Part shown: positions 50,301 through 63,893 of the stretch, piece after piece
Layout: every line of letters starts with the position of its first letter
Numbering within the stretch: the first letter of the stretch is position 1
Assembly (NCBI GenBank): GCA_030141605.1
Contig: JAQGDQ010000296.1
Location: forward strand, 1-64,000
Reading direction: 5' to 3'
Length of the DNA: 64,000 bases
Source of the DNA: Tubiluchus corallicola
Lineage: Eukaryota; Animalia; Priapulida
Program-made: the position numbers and the translations under genes
The notes under the pieces: model-generated
Databases searched by the model: none
What the model saw: the letters and a program-made list of their open reading frames with translations, nothing else
Told to the model about the DNA's origin: nothing

Positions 50301-53300
50301 GTATCTCTGCCAGCACACGCACAGTATGACCAGGAATCCGCAGTGCGTTTTCTGTGCCACTTGATTATGGCAAGAGCGAGAATCTTTGCAGCCGGCATCA
50401 CTGAGTGACTGGCGCGATTAAAGCTGGGTTTCGTATCGGATAGGTCGGCTGTAGAAGTAAACCAGCTGGAGCTCAGCTTAAATGCCATGGCTGTGGGCTC
50501 TATGAATGCTGTTAGCACTGTATTTCTTTATTAATTTCAGGTACACAAGTGGTGTAGCATTGCTTGCAGAAACTGAGCAAGTTGCAAATTCTATTAAAAG
50601 AGCACTTCAAAAACAAAAGGCAAGAGGAGAATTTACCAGGGCTTTTAGGTAGTTAAATTTTTTTATGTATTTCAGTGATTTTGCTCTGTAGACTGGGAAT
50701 TATGGTGGTTGGAACTTTGCTGAAGATAACTGCAGTTGGTCACGTTTTACTTGACTGTTATATTAAAACATTGCTGGGCTTGGTTAAATGCTGGTAAATA
50801 AATAAGATGATTAGAGAAACTATTTCGGGGCTGTGGTACTGTTTTCACCTATATCTATCAAATGAGGGAGGATGTATACGTATGCAAACATGATTTTTGT
50901 CTGTGATCTGAAATCTCCTACATCAAAAATGGTTTGATCAGCCATCTCACTGTTGGCCTAGCAGTTAATAGTCTTCTGTTAGGTATCTACTGTAGAAGTA
51001 TACAAGGAAAGGTGGCATTTAAAGTTTAAATTCTTAAACAATGATATTACGATAAGGTCTGCATTTTCATTGTTAGAACTGAGCATTATTAGGCTCGGGT
51101 AATTACTCGGCTACCTTGGTACCCGATGGAAACACGAATAATAATTATTATTTTTAACAAATATTTAAACTTCACATCAAAGAGTTATGTTTACTTAGTA
51201 TATTAAAGTATGCAGGCTCAGTGCATAGCCAATGCGCGTTATGTTGGTTAAAGTCGACCAAGCTGCTTTCAAAATGTATCGCATATTTGACAGAAAAAAT
51301 TTCAACGAGTTTATGTTTTCAAACGTTCCATCTCAGCTGACATTGCCATGAAACCAGTTACAGACCCAATTGCTGGTTACTCGTTAAAAGGTCGTAGTTT
51401 TCTACAAAATCTAATAGATAAATGGACTGTTTGCAACTTATCCCTAGTTAAATCTGAGCACCTAACTCAGGGGTAAGTTGACTATCCTCCTTATTAATAG
51501 GTGCAGCAGTTATGTAACTTATGCTTTGTCTAGTTGATGAGTTGTTTCAGTTGTGTTTGTCTATGTGTTTAGCTAAAAGTTATGGCTTGCATTCTTTTTC
51601 GGACTTTTTGCCTCCCCCCCCCTCCCCCCAGACATCTGAGTGTTGAGAACTGCACCACTATGGCATACCTTGAGGTACAGTGTCAGTTTGTATGATTAAC
51701 CTGGTTGGTTGGATCCATTCTACAAACAGGTTAATGCTTGAGTAGGCAACTGTATCTTGTATGTACGACTAGCCTGTAGGCCATATTGTCTGCCATTCTT
51801 CCTAATTATCCTTTAATAGGTCATTTAGCTATTCATACCAATATCATGTCCATATATTTGTATTAAATTTAGTTAACATAGTGGTTTGCCCAGCACTATG
51901 TTATTCCCGGAGACTCCTTGTCAAGGATGTAATATCATAAACATTTATTATATCATATATAAGGTCTAGCTCTATACTCGTTTCTTTGTGTCATGTATTA
52001 TTTTTGTTACTAAAATGGTAGCCAGGCTATTTATCATTATAATGTAGTGAGCTGACATATCTATACTTTATTATTGTTATTTACCAATATAAATAATCTC
52101 ATGTAACCACTTATTTCCATTTTTTAATCTCTTGTGCTTTTTTTAGATACACTTTCTAACAATATAGGAAGCACCATAATAGCAATTTCACATTTATCTG
52201 AGTCCAAAAACAAAGATTAGGTTTTTGAATTTGGGGCAGAATTTAAGAACCAGTCTAGCTCTCACCTTTACAATCAAACATTTCTATAAAACAACCCTAT
52301 TTTTCTTTGTTTTGGACAAACGTGCTTATTGTTTAGACAACATTTTTTCGACCATGGATTCTTGGCACCTATAATTAAAGCTGACTGAATTTCACTGTAA
52401 TTTTTTTCTGCATTTACCGATAATTATATATAATGGTTCCAACCACCTTAATTACGAATCCCCAGAAATCTTGACTGGAACTCAGTTATGTCTTGCACCC
52501 CAGTCCTAAAAAATTGACTCGTCCCAAATCCCAGTCTTATCTTGAACGCCAAAACCCCTATTTATAACTATGCCCCATTAAAAATATAATGCAAATTTAG
52601 ATTTTTTTGTGGGTATTGTCCAGTTTAATCTGTAATTTTACTATATTTTTCGTAGGGCCATTACTGTTCGTATGCCACGATTTGATGTGCTTGAACATAC
52701 ATTTGCTGTTAAAATGTGTGCTGTTGGTAACATATATTTGGTATGTAAATTTAATTATCACCGTTTTAGATTTTACCTCTATTTCCCCTCTTTTTTTTAT
52801 TGCTTAATGCTAAGCAATGTTGCTTCTGAGTAATTTTTGGTTAGAATTTGGGAATATTATTAAAATTGAATAGGTTAAATGCATACATACCTTAATCGTT
52901 TACAACACCAAGTACACTAAAATACAGAAAGGGTATTGAATGCTTAGCGTAGCTTAGTAGGTGCCAATTTGGACTTTTGCTGTGCTTTCTTCAGAACATT
53001 TGTTTAAACTCCTATTAAGAACATTTATTTAAACTGCTATATGTAGTGTGTGCCCTAAAATAAGATAAAAGTGAGCTTCTTTACTAGAGTATAGTGAGAT
53101 GATCCCAGAATCCTGCAATGTGTTTGTAGTATAAAATAATATAAGTCTAGTGGTTTGGTTTGTTACTATAGGTGGTTTGACTGAGTATATTGAAGCGAGC
53201 TCAGAATTTTATGGTGTGTTTGTAGCACAATATAAACTGAGTCTTGTAGCATGGTAAATTCAGATTCGTATTCTGTCGTATGTACTTGTGATTATTGTTT

Positions 53301-56300
53301 GACCTAATCTGTTTCTCTGCAACACGTTAGTGGTGGACGTTAAGCAATTGCTTTGGTTGCCTGTTTCATCAAGTATCACTTATTGTGCTTAGTAATTGAT
53401 TACTCATTGAATTGTAGCTAGTTGTGAATTTTAATGCTTTCAGTGCTAATTAAAGTGTATAAAATTATGAGCCAGTATGATGCATTCATAGTTGTTTAAT
53501 TTACATATTGTATCATTACCAGACAAATAATTGATTACTGGGATAATTTTAAGTGAGATTTCAGTTATAAAGATTCTAAAAGCTTTCTGTGTCACCTGTT
53601 TCTACATTATGCCTTATATAAATTTTTATGGTGTGTTAGTAAATCATTGTTAGCTTCTTGTTAGTTGTTGTGCAAAGCAACTAATTTTTGGATGCGCTCT
53701 CACCTCTAGGCTTACATAGTAAATGCTGATGTAAACCTGTGTGATGTGATCAGAAATTTATTATTAATTGTCTGAATTTCAAACTATTGATTCTGTTTAC
53801 TTTGCAGCCTATTAAAGAAGTGAAAGTTACAAAAAGTGCATTAAAAGCTGGACTTGTAAAACAAAGTGTTATTAGAAGCCAGGTTTTATCAACAAATGAG
53901 CATTATAATTGTGCTTTAGTGGAACTCTGGCCTTCTTCAGGTAAATATTGCTTGGCTTACTTAGCAACAAACATTGTTCTTAAGTGAATAAATCAACTTA
54001 GAATGAACATGGTGTGTGTTTACCATCTGAAATGATTCATCATTATGACTGATTAATAACTGGATGGGTAAATTCTGGGTATTTTCCTGAGTCATACAAG
54101 CTGCATCAGCATATTTTGTTGAGGGAGGATGCATATGTATCCAAAAATAACTAAAATGCTGCTACTGTTTTATATTTCATCTTAAATTATCGTGCCTGAT
54201 CATGAACAAAGTTTTGGATTTGCCATCAGCGTGATAAGTTGCACGTGAAAACTAATTATCTTCTTGGACAGTATGTGCAGTTAAGTATGTAAACAATTTT
54301 GAAACTTTTCCCTAAATTCTTTTGGTTATATTTCAAGAATTTTTTCATATTGGACTGATGTCAGCAGCATATTGCAGTTGAAAGAAGTTGCAGATTTACT
54401 AATTGTAAAATTGCAGTTCCCTGTATTATGTGTTGTACAGCATTTGTTACCAAAATGAAATCTTTGTAAATATTCATGTAAATTTGGAACCAATAGTGGT
54501 GTAATGTTTATGTTTAGAATGTTTTTTCTGGCATCATCAGTGCAGTGCAAGATAACATATAAGAATGAAGTGAAAACTAAGTGTAGTTTTAAAAAACTAT
54601 TGAAAATAAGAAAAAAACAAGGAAGGGGAGATGGGTGGAAAAGCAGAGTCTGAGTGAAAGATAAACGACTGAAATGCATGATGAGCAATTAAGTTTTCCA
54701 TTTGCAACGAAATATATCAAAATAATTTTTTTTCAGTGTGTAGAGCAGTAAATGCATGGCACATTCATAAACTTTTCCACTTCAGATTCACTATGAATTT
54801 AAATTAAATAATTGTTTTTTAAAATACTTGTTTAAATCTATGAAAATGTGCTAAGTGATAATATCAGACAGTGTGTTTTATAATTTAGGTCCCGAAAGGG
54901 TAGTGGAGTTTACTGCTGTAGTAGTTCTGCATAAATTGACATTAAATTTACTGAATCTGGCATTGTAATGTTTCACACAAAATTTTAATAGATTAATAAA
55001 AAAATTTTGAAAGCATTAAAATGACAATAAACTGTCATTAGATCAGGGAAGGTACCTGTAGAAAGAGAAAGATTAATAATTTGGTTAAGTGGAGTACAAA
55101 TTGTCTCGATGAGTTAAAAAGAACGAAATGCAATATGCTAAAAATATCTGAACTTCTTAGGGTAAATTAAGTTAGAAATTTGGTAACTTCATTGGGTGTA
55201 ATAGGATGAAGAAAGAATTGCGAAAATTATTTTTGAGCAAATAGTTAAAATTGATATTAGTTTGTGAGGGCCAGATTTGAGGCCTAAATTACATAGTTTA
55301 AGTACGATGAATTATAATTATTTAAACAGCCAAGTTGGAGTTTCAATTAAACTCATTTATTTCGAAAATGAATTACTATCTGTACTGTCATCTCTTTCAG
55401 AATGAGAAACTAACATTTCTTGATGCATTCTACAACCATTTAGAATTTTGTTGATTCTTCTCTTTGTCAGTGGACCACAATTGTCATTTTCTTCATTATG
55501 AAATGTATCACAAGCATTTTAACCAAGAATTGCTCTAAATTTACGTGAAACACGAAAAATTTTATTGATAAGTTGACAAATTGGCCATTTCCAAACTTTA
55601 CACGGTGTGCTTAAAGTAAAACTAGGCTATTACTGAATAAATGGCTCGTACGTCTGTACCACACAGATTAACATGCTAACTCGCCGATTCCATCAAAGAG
55701 TGAAGTAGCAAGATGATAATGATATAAACTGCATTTTGCAAAACACTAGTTAGGCTGTGGTGTCTGATAGATTTGCAAGGTGCTAAAACTTATGTTAAGG
55801 CATAATTTGTTTTGTTGTAGTTAAATGGCACATGTTGCGTGTTTTTCTGGTCAGTAGGCTAGCTCCGATATTTGGAGATCATACCTATTCTGCCAGAGTG
55901 AAGTCAGTGATGAATTCTCCAGTTGAATTTGACCCAAGAATCTGTCAGCCACAAACACAGGTACATTATTAATTTTGTCTGGCAGCAAAAATCTGAGTGA
56001 TATTATTGATAAAGGAGATATTGTTCTGCACTTTTAACACATTTTTAGTTGTAATGTAGCTAAATACAGTCGAATCCCGGTAATACGATTTTAAAGGGAC
56101 CAAAATCTTTTTCCGTGTTAAGTGTGTTTCATACTATATAGTATGCACATTTTTGCCAACTCATAAATACCAATTAACTGATTAACTGATCAGTGTTTTC
56201 TATTGATCAGTGAACATAAGCTCGTTAAGCTATGGTTTTCCACAAGTACAACTACAAAATTATATCAATATAAAGTCAGTCTAAAAGCAAACCTGCAAGC

Positions 56301-57343
56301 AAAATGTTTAGCCCAGTGTCAGAGAGTTTGTGATGTGTCTACTGCTTTGGCATTATAATTGGATATCTGTAAATAGGCTGTTTACAGATAGGAAGACAGG
56401 CTATAACAAATATAGATGATTTAAACTATAATGGCAAATAACTTTTTGGAAAATAACAGTTTGACTGTTCACATGCGGAATTTGAATCTAGGCAGCTATT
56501 GGATTAATTAATTCAAACAGTAGGCGTAGGTACGATGATGTACGTACATGTGTTATGTTATGAGGCATATTGCGTTGTAAAAGGAATCATCTAAGCTATA
56601 GTCACCATGGCAACAGGCAAAAAGTGTGTAGAATGGGCGGACCACAGCAGATATTGTATTACAAGTGTTTCTTTGAAAACAGGTAGGATTTTGAGAAAAC
56701 ATCGTACAAAATGGGTTTTGTAATAGTGAGTTTCGTAGTAATCACATGTGACCACATTGGTTTTATTATAATCTTGGCAGTAAAGTCATTGTGCAACTGA
56801 GAGTTTCGTTATAAGCCGAATTGTATTACCGGCATTCGACTATAACTAGCTGGACCCATAAATGCATGTATCTGTTTTAGTCTTTTTTTCTTTCTAACTT
56901 TCTCATATCAGTGTTATTGAATTTCACATATATTTTTTCTGTGTTCTGCAGCTTGTATTTTAAAGGTAATGACATTAAGTAAACCTATCAAATTTAGCCC
57001 TATCATTAGCAAAATTTTTTGTTATTGAAATGAAAACATTTATGCAGCAAAGCTAGCCATACATAGTGTTCACATCTTTTCAGATTTGCTAATGATAATT
57101 AATTTATTTACTGCTAATTTTTATATAAATTTTTATCTCAAGGTGCTGCCCACTAAAATTAAACAGTGTTTGGGTCTTGAAACTGAAGAAGAAATTGAAG
57201 AAGTACCTCTTCATTTGCATTGTTATTCATCAGTCCTACATCTACCCTACAAAAAGGTAACTCAAGGTATAACTATAGTTGCCCCATTTCCAGCATATTT
57301 TCTTGATACTTTACGGAAATTAAAATTAGATGTTAGTGCATGA
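44395..57343 (+). CDS. RPUSD3: RPUSD3-like mitochondrial RluA-family pseudouridine synthase homologue. Well-supported exons: 45786-45892, 47029-47073, 49660-49798, 50541-50648, 52656-52740, 53808-53940, 55821-55960, 57143-57343. Tentative N-terminal exons: 44395-44440, 44524-44617
   Basis: IVAVNKPHGL, LHLVKSTEKYTSGVALLA, AITV, ALVELWP, APIFGDHTYSARV, PLHLHC and APFPAYFLDTLRKLKL; phases agree. MHSKALLRSFAHRIL looks like a mitochondrial presequence. AATAAA at ~57426. Confidence 0.85.
45507..45698. mobile_element. Small PIF/Harbinger-like MITE
   Basis: Imperfect inverted termini ggctggattcac ... gtgaatccactc; a related end sequence lies at ~41968-42000. Confidence 0.55.
47250..49466 (+). mobile_element. 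Decayed CR1/L2-clade LINE (ORF1 C-terminal fragment plus the 3' half of the ORF2 reverse transcriptase) in an RPUSD3 intron
   Basis: RT motifs NSGFKP, VFRDIS*AFDTVWH, GVPQGSILGP, LFADDT, FNPDKT and KYLGI, with stops and frameshifts. ORF1-like VYLTDDLTK...GKLYIDGK lies upstream and an A-rich tail at ~49459. Confidence 0.92.
56067..56842. mobile_element. Tigger/pogo-type MITE with TA target duplication
   Basis: ta|cagtcgaatcccggtaatacga ... ttgtattaccggcattcgacta|ta. Confidence 0.8.
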
Positions 57344-58029
57344 CATTGAAATTTCGAGTACTGATACGAATAACTAGGTTATATGGATCAGCTAACATTA
57401 TCTGTAATTTGTAATAATGATGCAAAATAAATCTAATTTTAAATTAGCTAATCAGGGACTCTATTCTCAATGATGTTGCAAATTGCTTTTTTGCTAAAAC
57501 CAGAAGGTTCGTTTTGAAGTATCTGGAAATAGAAAATGAATTTTTAGCGACATGTACTTTATGAATTTGAATGATATTTTATGTTATTTTAGTATAAAAA
57601 TTTTATAAGTTTTAAAAAATCATAAGTGGTAGCCACCACAAATGCTGTAGTAATTATACCAGTATTTTTTCAGAAGTATGTGATTATTTGTAAACATTAG
57701 AAAACTAGAAGCCATGCTCAGCATGTATATTACTGACTTTCTCAGTATTAAGAAGCTTTATTATTTTATTACGAAAACACCAAACAACAATACAGTATTG
57801 CAAAATACATTATGATAACATGGTATGTATAGTTACATTAATTTCATCATAAAATTGACATGGTATGATATCTATATAAATTGTTGCTTGCATTATAGTC
57901 AGAAGCATTATTTGTGTGGCTATAATGCAATTAATGGTGCTGGTGTTAGGGTGCAAAAAAGGAAAGTAAAAAATGATGGAATGATAGTGGAGAGTGCAGG
58001 AGATGGGAATTAGTAGGGTTAGGTTAGTG

Positions 58030-58810
58030 AAATGATGTGAATGAGAATGAATATGAGATTGCTATTAGGACATCAGAAAAATATATCAACATTTATCAAT
58101 ATATATCTGAACGTGCGTTACATACTATGCAAGCTTCATCTTTAATATGAATTTAGGAATGAAGTTTTCAAACTTTTTTTAAATCTTGGTAACTACGCGG
58201 TTTCACAACATTAGTCCTACACCAAACAACTTGATACTCATTAAATCTAGTATTGTAATGTTTTTGATTAAGATTAACAGGATTAACGAAAAAAGATGGC
58301 AGAGATTTATAGTGAGTTTTATACATGAATATGCTTATATTATATTTAATTAAGTCGTCAATGGTCACTTGTTTGAAATCTTTGAGGTGCCAATTCAAAA
58401 TAGGCGCAAATTTAGGTAAGCCATGAAAAACGCGAATAAACTTGCGTTGAAGAGCACGGAGAGAATCTAGGTTCGATGGATAGGTCGGACTCCATAAAAT
58501 GAGGGCATAGTTAAAATAGGGTATGACTAAAGAATGATATAAAGTTCTTAAATGTGTTTGAGAAAGACTATTTTTGATATAAGAAATGATTCCAACATTC
58601 TTGGCTAATCATATTAATGTGAGGATTCAAGTATAGATTTTCATGATAATGATGCATAAAAATTTTATTTGTTTAATTTGTTCAATAGGGGTACCATTGA
58701 TCATTAGAAGGTTGGAATTTGGGGGAAGTGGTTTGTTTATAGAGCGAAACATGACACTTAGTTTTATCTGCATTAGGAGAAAGTTTATTAGCTTTGAACA
58801 AATAATCTTT
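58030..58810 (-). mobile_element. 5'-truncated, decayed CR1/L2-type LINE (post-RT region)
   Basis: Minus-strand peptides INGTPIEQIKQIKFL, LYHSLVIPYFNYALILWSPTYPSNL and SIFMYKTHYKSLPSFF...HYNTR are typical of LINE ORF2 3' ends. Confidence 0.8.
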
Positions 58811-60289
58811 AGCCCCTTACTGTCACAAACCCCTAGTAGTAGCAATCTACATTTGTGTTACTCAACTTCCTGTTCGTGTAATCAGGAGTAGCTAATTGCA
58901 AAGCGGAATAGCACTAATAGAGGGCGTACGGTGCGTTGTGTCTCTTGATGGAAATAATCGTCTACATTCGCTCTGTTCTGCTTTATATAGAGATATTGAC
59001 ACAGACAAACATTTGTTCATTCACTTATTATATTATATTATTATTGTATATAAGTATAGTAAGTACAATTATTGTAATTACTGAATATGTAAGGTGGTTT
59101 ATTATGAAACTCTCGTTATATAGACAGCCATAGTGGGTGCATACTTTTATTGTTTTACACGGTTCATATCTGTGGAAAACCTGCTGTAGTTACACATTTT
59201 TTCATAGCCAATACATACATACATACACATATATATATGTGTGTGTCACACATTCTAATAATATTTTACCCTGTAATCAAATTTGATCACACTATTGTCT
59301 GCCTGGAGGTATTTATTTAATTATGATAACGAAATGATGATATGCCGGTGGTATTTAAGGCACAGACAACATTAGGTACCATTTAGTTAGTATCAGGCAC
59401 AGGAACAGTTGCAGACACTGCTTCTGCCTCTGTCAGCAGAGGGCAGCACCGGTACGTATTTCCTTCATAAGTTCTGTGTTACTATACTGTACTATAAGTG
59501 CCAAACATTTATTTCGGTAATATTGCTACATAGAGATATGTTTTGTCAGTTTCTATCCTAGATAAGACATTATTTGTTCTGTTTGGCTTATACAATATTT
59601 GTGTGGGTAGCGTTCCTGCCACAAGTCTCAGTGAATACTCTAAAGAAGCCTGTGTTCCGAGCCAGTGTTACATGTAATCTCTCACTTGTTTTTACCGCAT
59701 TTATTGCCGATTGTGCTATGTCCTATTGCTATGTGCTTAGGAAAATATTTTTATAGCTTCAACACGCAACACGGACGTGATAAAACCAAAACGCCAAACA
59801 AATGAATTAAAATAAATAAGCTCCATGTTTTACAGGTTTAATCAGAAATTTTATGTGTACAAGACAGTATTTCATGATAATATAGAAAGTCTTTCACCAA
59901 AAACATTTTACAGAAACATGGGCCAAATTAAAACAGTGTTACATTGACAGTTACATTTGTGCAGTGGATATGAATACATGCGTTGGAATACAATTAATAA
60001 AAGCTGATGTTAATCACAAGTGCTAAAAATTATAAAGGTACATCAACATTCGAAGTCAGGCTTCCCATCTGATTCTTCTCTGGATTGCTCGTCTGTCTGT
60101 TTTTCGTCAAGACATTTTATGGACAAGTGTTGTTATCTGCCAAACTGTGATGAAGCCAGGGAAGATGCGTGCTGGGTCACCTGCCATAATCTTACAGAAT
60201 CATTGATTACAAATAGAATCACTTATCGAATCCATTCTGCTCTCACTCTTCATTCAAATTCGATTGAACTCTAGAAAAATTCACTAATA

Positions 60290-60490
60290 CATTTGTATTG
60301 CTGTCTGCTGTCTGGAAGAAAGTTTTCTTGCACCGCACGATATGTATATATATAAACGGCCACACCTCCAGCTCATCACAATGCTCACGTGACCACACTC
60401 AGCAACCCAAGCTCAGAAAAGTATGGGTCGGTTGGTCCCATGAACCGGACCACCCCCCAGGTTCGTTACAGCTCTCCCTCTTGTTAACCA
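60290..60490 (-). mobile_element. Possible LTR fragment preceded by a polypurine tract
   Basis: Minus strand reads aagagggagagc|TGTAACGAACC..., with a TATATATA element ~120 bp further on. The other LTR end was not identified. Confidence 0.4.
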
Positions 60491-60628
60491 ACCTGTTTGT
60501 CAAGCGGATCCAGGAGGGAGCATCCCTCACATTTTTACCAAACTTGGGTTCTCACTCGCACTGGTAAGTGATTCTCAGAATATGACAGTTCATTAAAAAA
60601 ATTTTCCCAAAATTTTGCGATTAAAGAG

Positions 60629-61436
60629 GTGACAGTTCAGATCAGTAATGACATTTCTCAAAGTTTTGTACGTTTTCTCTATCAGAGACTTTTAAAGCTG
60701 TTCTCCTGCATTCAAGTGGATGCCATTTCGAATCTGACCATGTTTCGCAACTTCGAAAGGAACATTAGAGGCGGGAGTGTTTTCGTGAATGTCCACGAAG
60801 TATCGGCTAACTGTCCTGAAATGGGTCACTCCTTCGATCTTGAAAAACCTCTCTGTCACCTATTTCCAATTGACATGAATAATCTGTATGGTCAAGCCCT
60901 TTCCCAACCACTTCCCTGTGGCGATTTCAGGCAGCTGGCCGACCCGGATAGCTTCGATCCGAGCTCCGTGGATGAGGGTGGCGACGTCGGATATTTTGTG
61001 ATCTGCGATCTGAAATATCCGGTGGTAATCCACGATTTTTTGGCGGATTTACCGTTGACACCCGAGCGCATGACACGTCAGACCTCGCTGTTTTCGGAGT
61101 TGATGAAACGTCAATGGCAGCGGATTTGCGAATTGCGAAATTCGCCCACGCCCATCTTTAGAAGTAGCGAGAAACTGTTGCTCACCCAATTTTCAAAAAA
61201 AGAACTACGGGGTGCACATTTCTCTACTGAAGTTCTATCTAGAGATGGGCAAGGAAATCACTAAAATCCATTCGGTAGTCTCATTTCGACAAGCACCTAT
61301 TTTTAGCTATTTTATTTCCGCCAACAGCTTTAAGAGACAGCAGGCGAAAAACGCCTTCGAAAAAGATCCTTCAAGCTGTTTAATAATAGCCTATACTGAA
61401 AAACCCTGGAGAACGTTGGCGAGCGTTGTTATTTAA
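60629..61436 (+). mobile_element. Protein-primed family-B DNA polymerase remnant (Maverick/Polinton or adintovirus-like), frameshifted
   Basis: FERNIRGGSV...AN...IDMNNLYGQALSQPLPCGDF...GYFVICDLKYP..IHD...DLPLTPE...EKLLLT, then a frameshift to HISLLKFYLEMG.EITKIHSVVSFRQ...KRQQAKNAFEKD and a further shift to KLFNNSLY. Confidence 0.88.
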
Positions 61437-63295
61437 AATTGGGTTGTCTCAAGGACGAACCGCAGGGCTCGCTAATGAGCATGACAAAGCTATAAGATCT
61501 GGATTGATGACAATTAACACGTTTATTTCACAATATCATATTACATAAGAGTACACATGTCATAGCTATGCCAAGCCCCCTTGATCTATCCAGCCTCCCC
61601 TCCTGCGGTCCTGACCTGATCTGATCTTAGCTGATGTCCCTGACTTGCTGGCTTCCTCCGAGGTGCAAGTCTGACAGCGCATGAGCGGGGAAAATGGGCA
61701 CTCTACTGGCGCCAGCTTGGCGGCCTAGAGGAGCCCATTTTCGTATTAGGAATCTTAGTGGCGAGGGCATCACGTGATTGCCGCACCTTAATCTCGTGCT
61801 TAGCAGTCTGGCTTCCTTTCTAGATATATAACATATTCACTTATCAAACCATTAATCATATAACATCCTTTAATTACCGACGATGCAGCGAGACGCGGTA
61901 CCGTTATCAACATTGGAGATGATGATGATGATGATGCGAGTGTTGTTGATGTTAACGTTCTCGCCGATGTTGTTGTTGTTGATGATAATGATGATATTGA
62001 CGACAGTAACATATCGTCTGACGACAGTCGCGATGATGGCAGGCATCCCGCTCTCGTCAAATTCCGGCAAGCGCATCAAGCTCGCAAAAATCTATGCTGC
62101 TGCCGCCATTGATGTGTATATTCTTTACATTAATTTATTCATCACATGTAAATATGAAAATGTGTGTGTATATAATGTAAATACGCATATAATGTAAATA
62201 TGCACATATTGTAAATACGCATATAATGTAAATAGTGTAAATATGATTTCCTTGGCGGGCGCTACTGTTGTAAATAATGTAAATATGTGAACACGTATAA
62301 ATAACCTCGATGATGTTGTAAATATTTTTGTGCAATTTATGTGTGTATTATCGAATTTGAGATTATTGCACGCATGTTCGAATGTATGCACATGTACTGA
62401 TGTCTTTGATCGTGATGTATCGCATATGTATATTTGTACAGAATAAATATATAATCTTTTGAAGAAAAAAGATTCGTTTCAAGTTTGAAGTAATGTTTGT
62501 TATTTTATTTTATTTTAAATGAAGTTTGGCAATGATGATGATGAGTATTTAAAAGAAATAAATAAGCATTTTTTAAAAGCAAGTAACATTACGAGCATGA
62601 ACACATGTGCAAAAGCTGGTGGATAAAATAGATTACAACATGCGTTACTAATCAAATAAATAAATAATCACAAAAGCCGTTGATTAAAATACATTACACC
62701 TTACGTTAGTAAGCAAATAAATATTCATTATTTACACGAGATGATCGTCGGAAAATTTTAATGGGTACACTCGCGCATGCGCTTCTACGGGCATAGCTAG
62801 ATAAAAAGTTCAGACAAAGGTGCGCATAAACGCCAACAAAAACATCACATCAACATGTTGAAATCATTTGTTGAATGAGACGAGCACATGGTTTTGTTTG
62901 TAAAGTGTGAGGAATTTAGTATAACATCACTTTGCATGTTTGTTTGAAGTTGGTAGTAGTGATGTGGATGTGGATGGGCATGAGGAAAATGAGTGTGCAA
63001 TGAAACTACCTGAATATGCATTCCCACCTTCTGCCTCATTCTCCCAGTCTCTCAATGATGTAGTATGGCTCGCGACATGAACAGTCCTTGCAGAATTTTC
63101 CGAGATGTTCACCGACCTCCCAAGGCGTACTGGATTAGTTCAACATCGCATTACTGTAACCACTTGGTTATCCCATCTGCAATATATTTGGTTGGTGCTA
63201 GCCCTGCTATGACGTGCTGGTCTTACACTTAAAATAAAGAAGTACAACTTCGCCCAAAATGAGACGAAATTTTTCGGATATGTTGTTTTAAAGAA

Positions 63296-63893
63296 TTGCC
63301 TAAGTCCGGAGTTCGAGAAGATTCAAAAGATTCAGTGAACCCTCGTCCCCAGACCAAAAGACAAGTATGGACTTTCCTTGGTCTAATTACAGACGGTTTA
63401 TTCCGATGTTTACTTCTATTGTGTGCATTGCTTGAGAATAATGCACCTGTACGTGTTGACTGGAATGAAACGCGTGAATGCAGCTTTGTAGAACTGTGTA
63501 CAGCACTAAACTCAGACACGGTACTTGACTCCCTGATTTTTCGTAAAATTTCGTTTTTAACACCTGATGCTTCGCTTAGTGGTGTTGGTGGAGTGCTGAC
63601 ACAGGTTCAGAGTGAGTTAATTGAGGTGTCTGTTACACATGTGAACAGAAAGTTGACTACATTGTGAACGAAACTATAGTGTTGCGGAAGTTGTTGGCAA
63701 TAGTGTAAGTTGCGCTACTACTTAGAAGGCCATGAGTTTATAGTACGAACTAATCAACATAGTTTGCATTACGCATGAAAAGAAATAATCGTCGTCTTTT
63801 ACGTGGGTGTTTATTTTACAAGAATCCCACTTTGCTGTAAACATTATGGCTGGAAAAGATTATGTTGTAGCAGATTCTCTCGCGCCTATGAGT
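63296..63893 (+). mobile_element. Decayed Ty3/Gypsy pol fragment (RT connection and RNase H)
   Basis: PRPQTKRQVWTFLGL, DASLSGVGGVLTQ, NRKL, YLEGHEFIVRTNQHSL and GKDYVVADSLSRL*, with several frameshifts. Confidence 0.88.

Noticed and set aside
50264-50518. 84-aa minus-strand ORF in an RPUSD3 intron
   Set aside because: It overlaps a cagctg-rich MITE-like insertion (~49900-50490) and has no recognisable domain.
11097-57343. Strand switching in other genes of the window
   Set aside because: SLC16, the EF-hand gene, both LKAAEAR-like genes, ZnT and RPUSD3 all assemble collinearly on one strand. The MTMR9 anomaly is local, not window-wide scrambling.
62773-62782. Perfect NRF1-type palindrome GCGCATGCGC as a promoter
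   Set aside because: No adjacent host gene was identified, and it lies among mobile-element debris.
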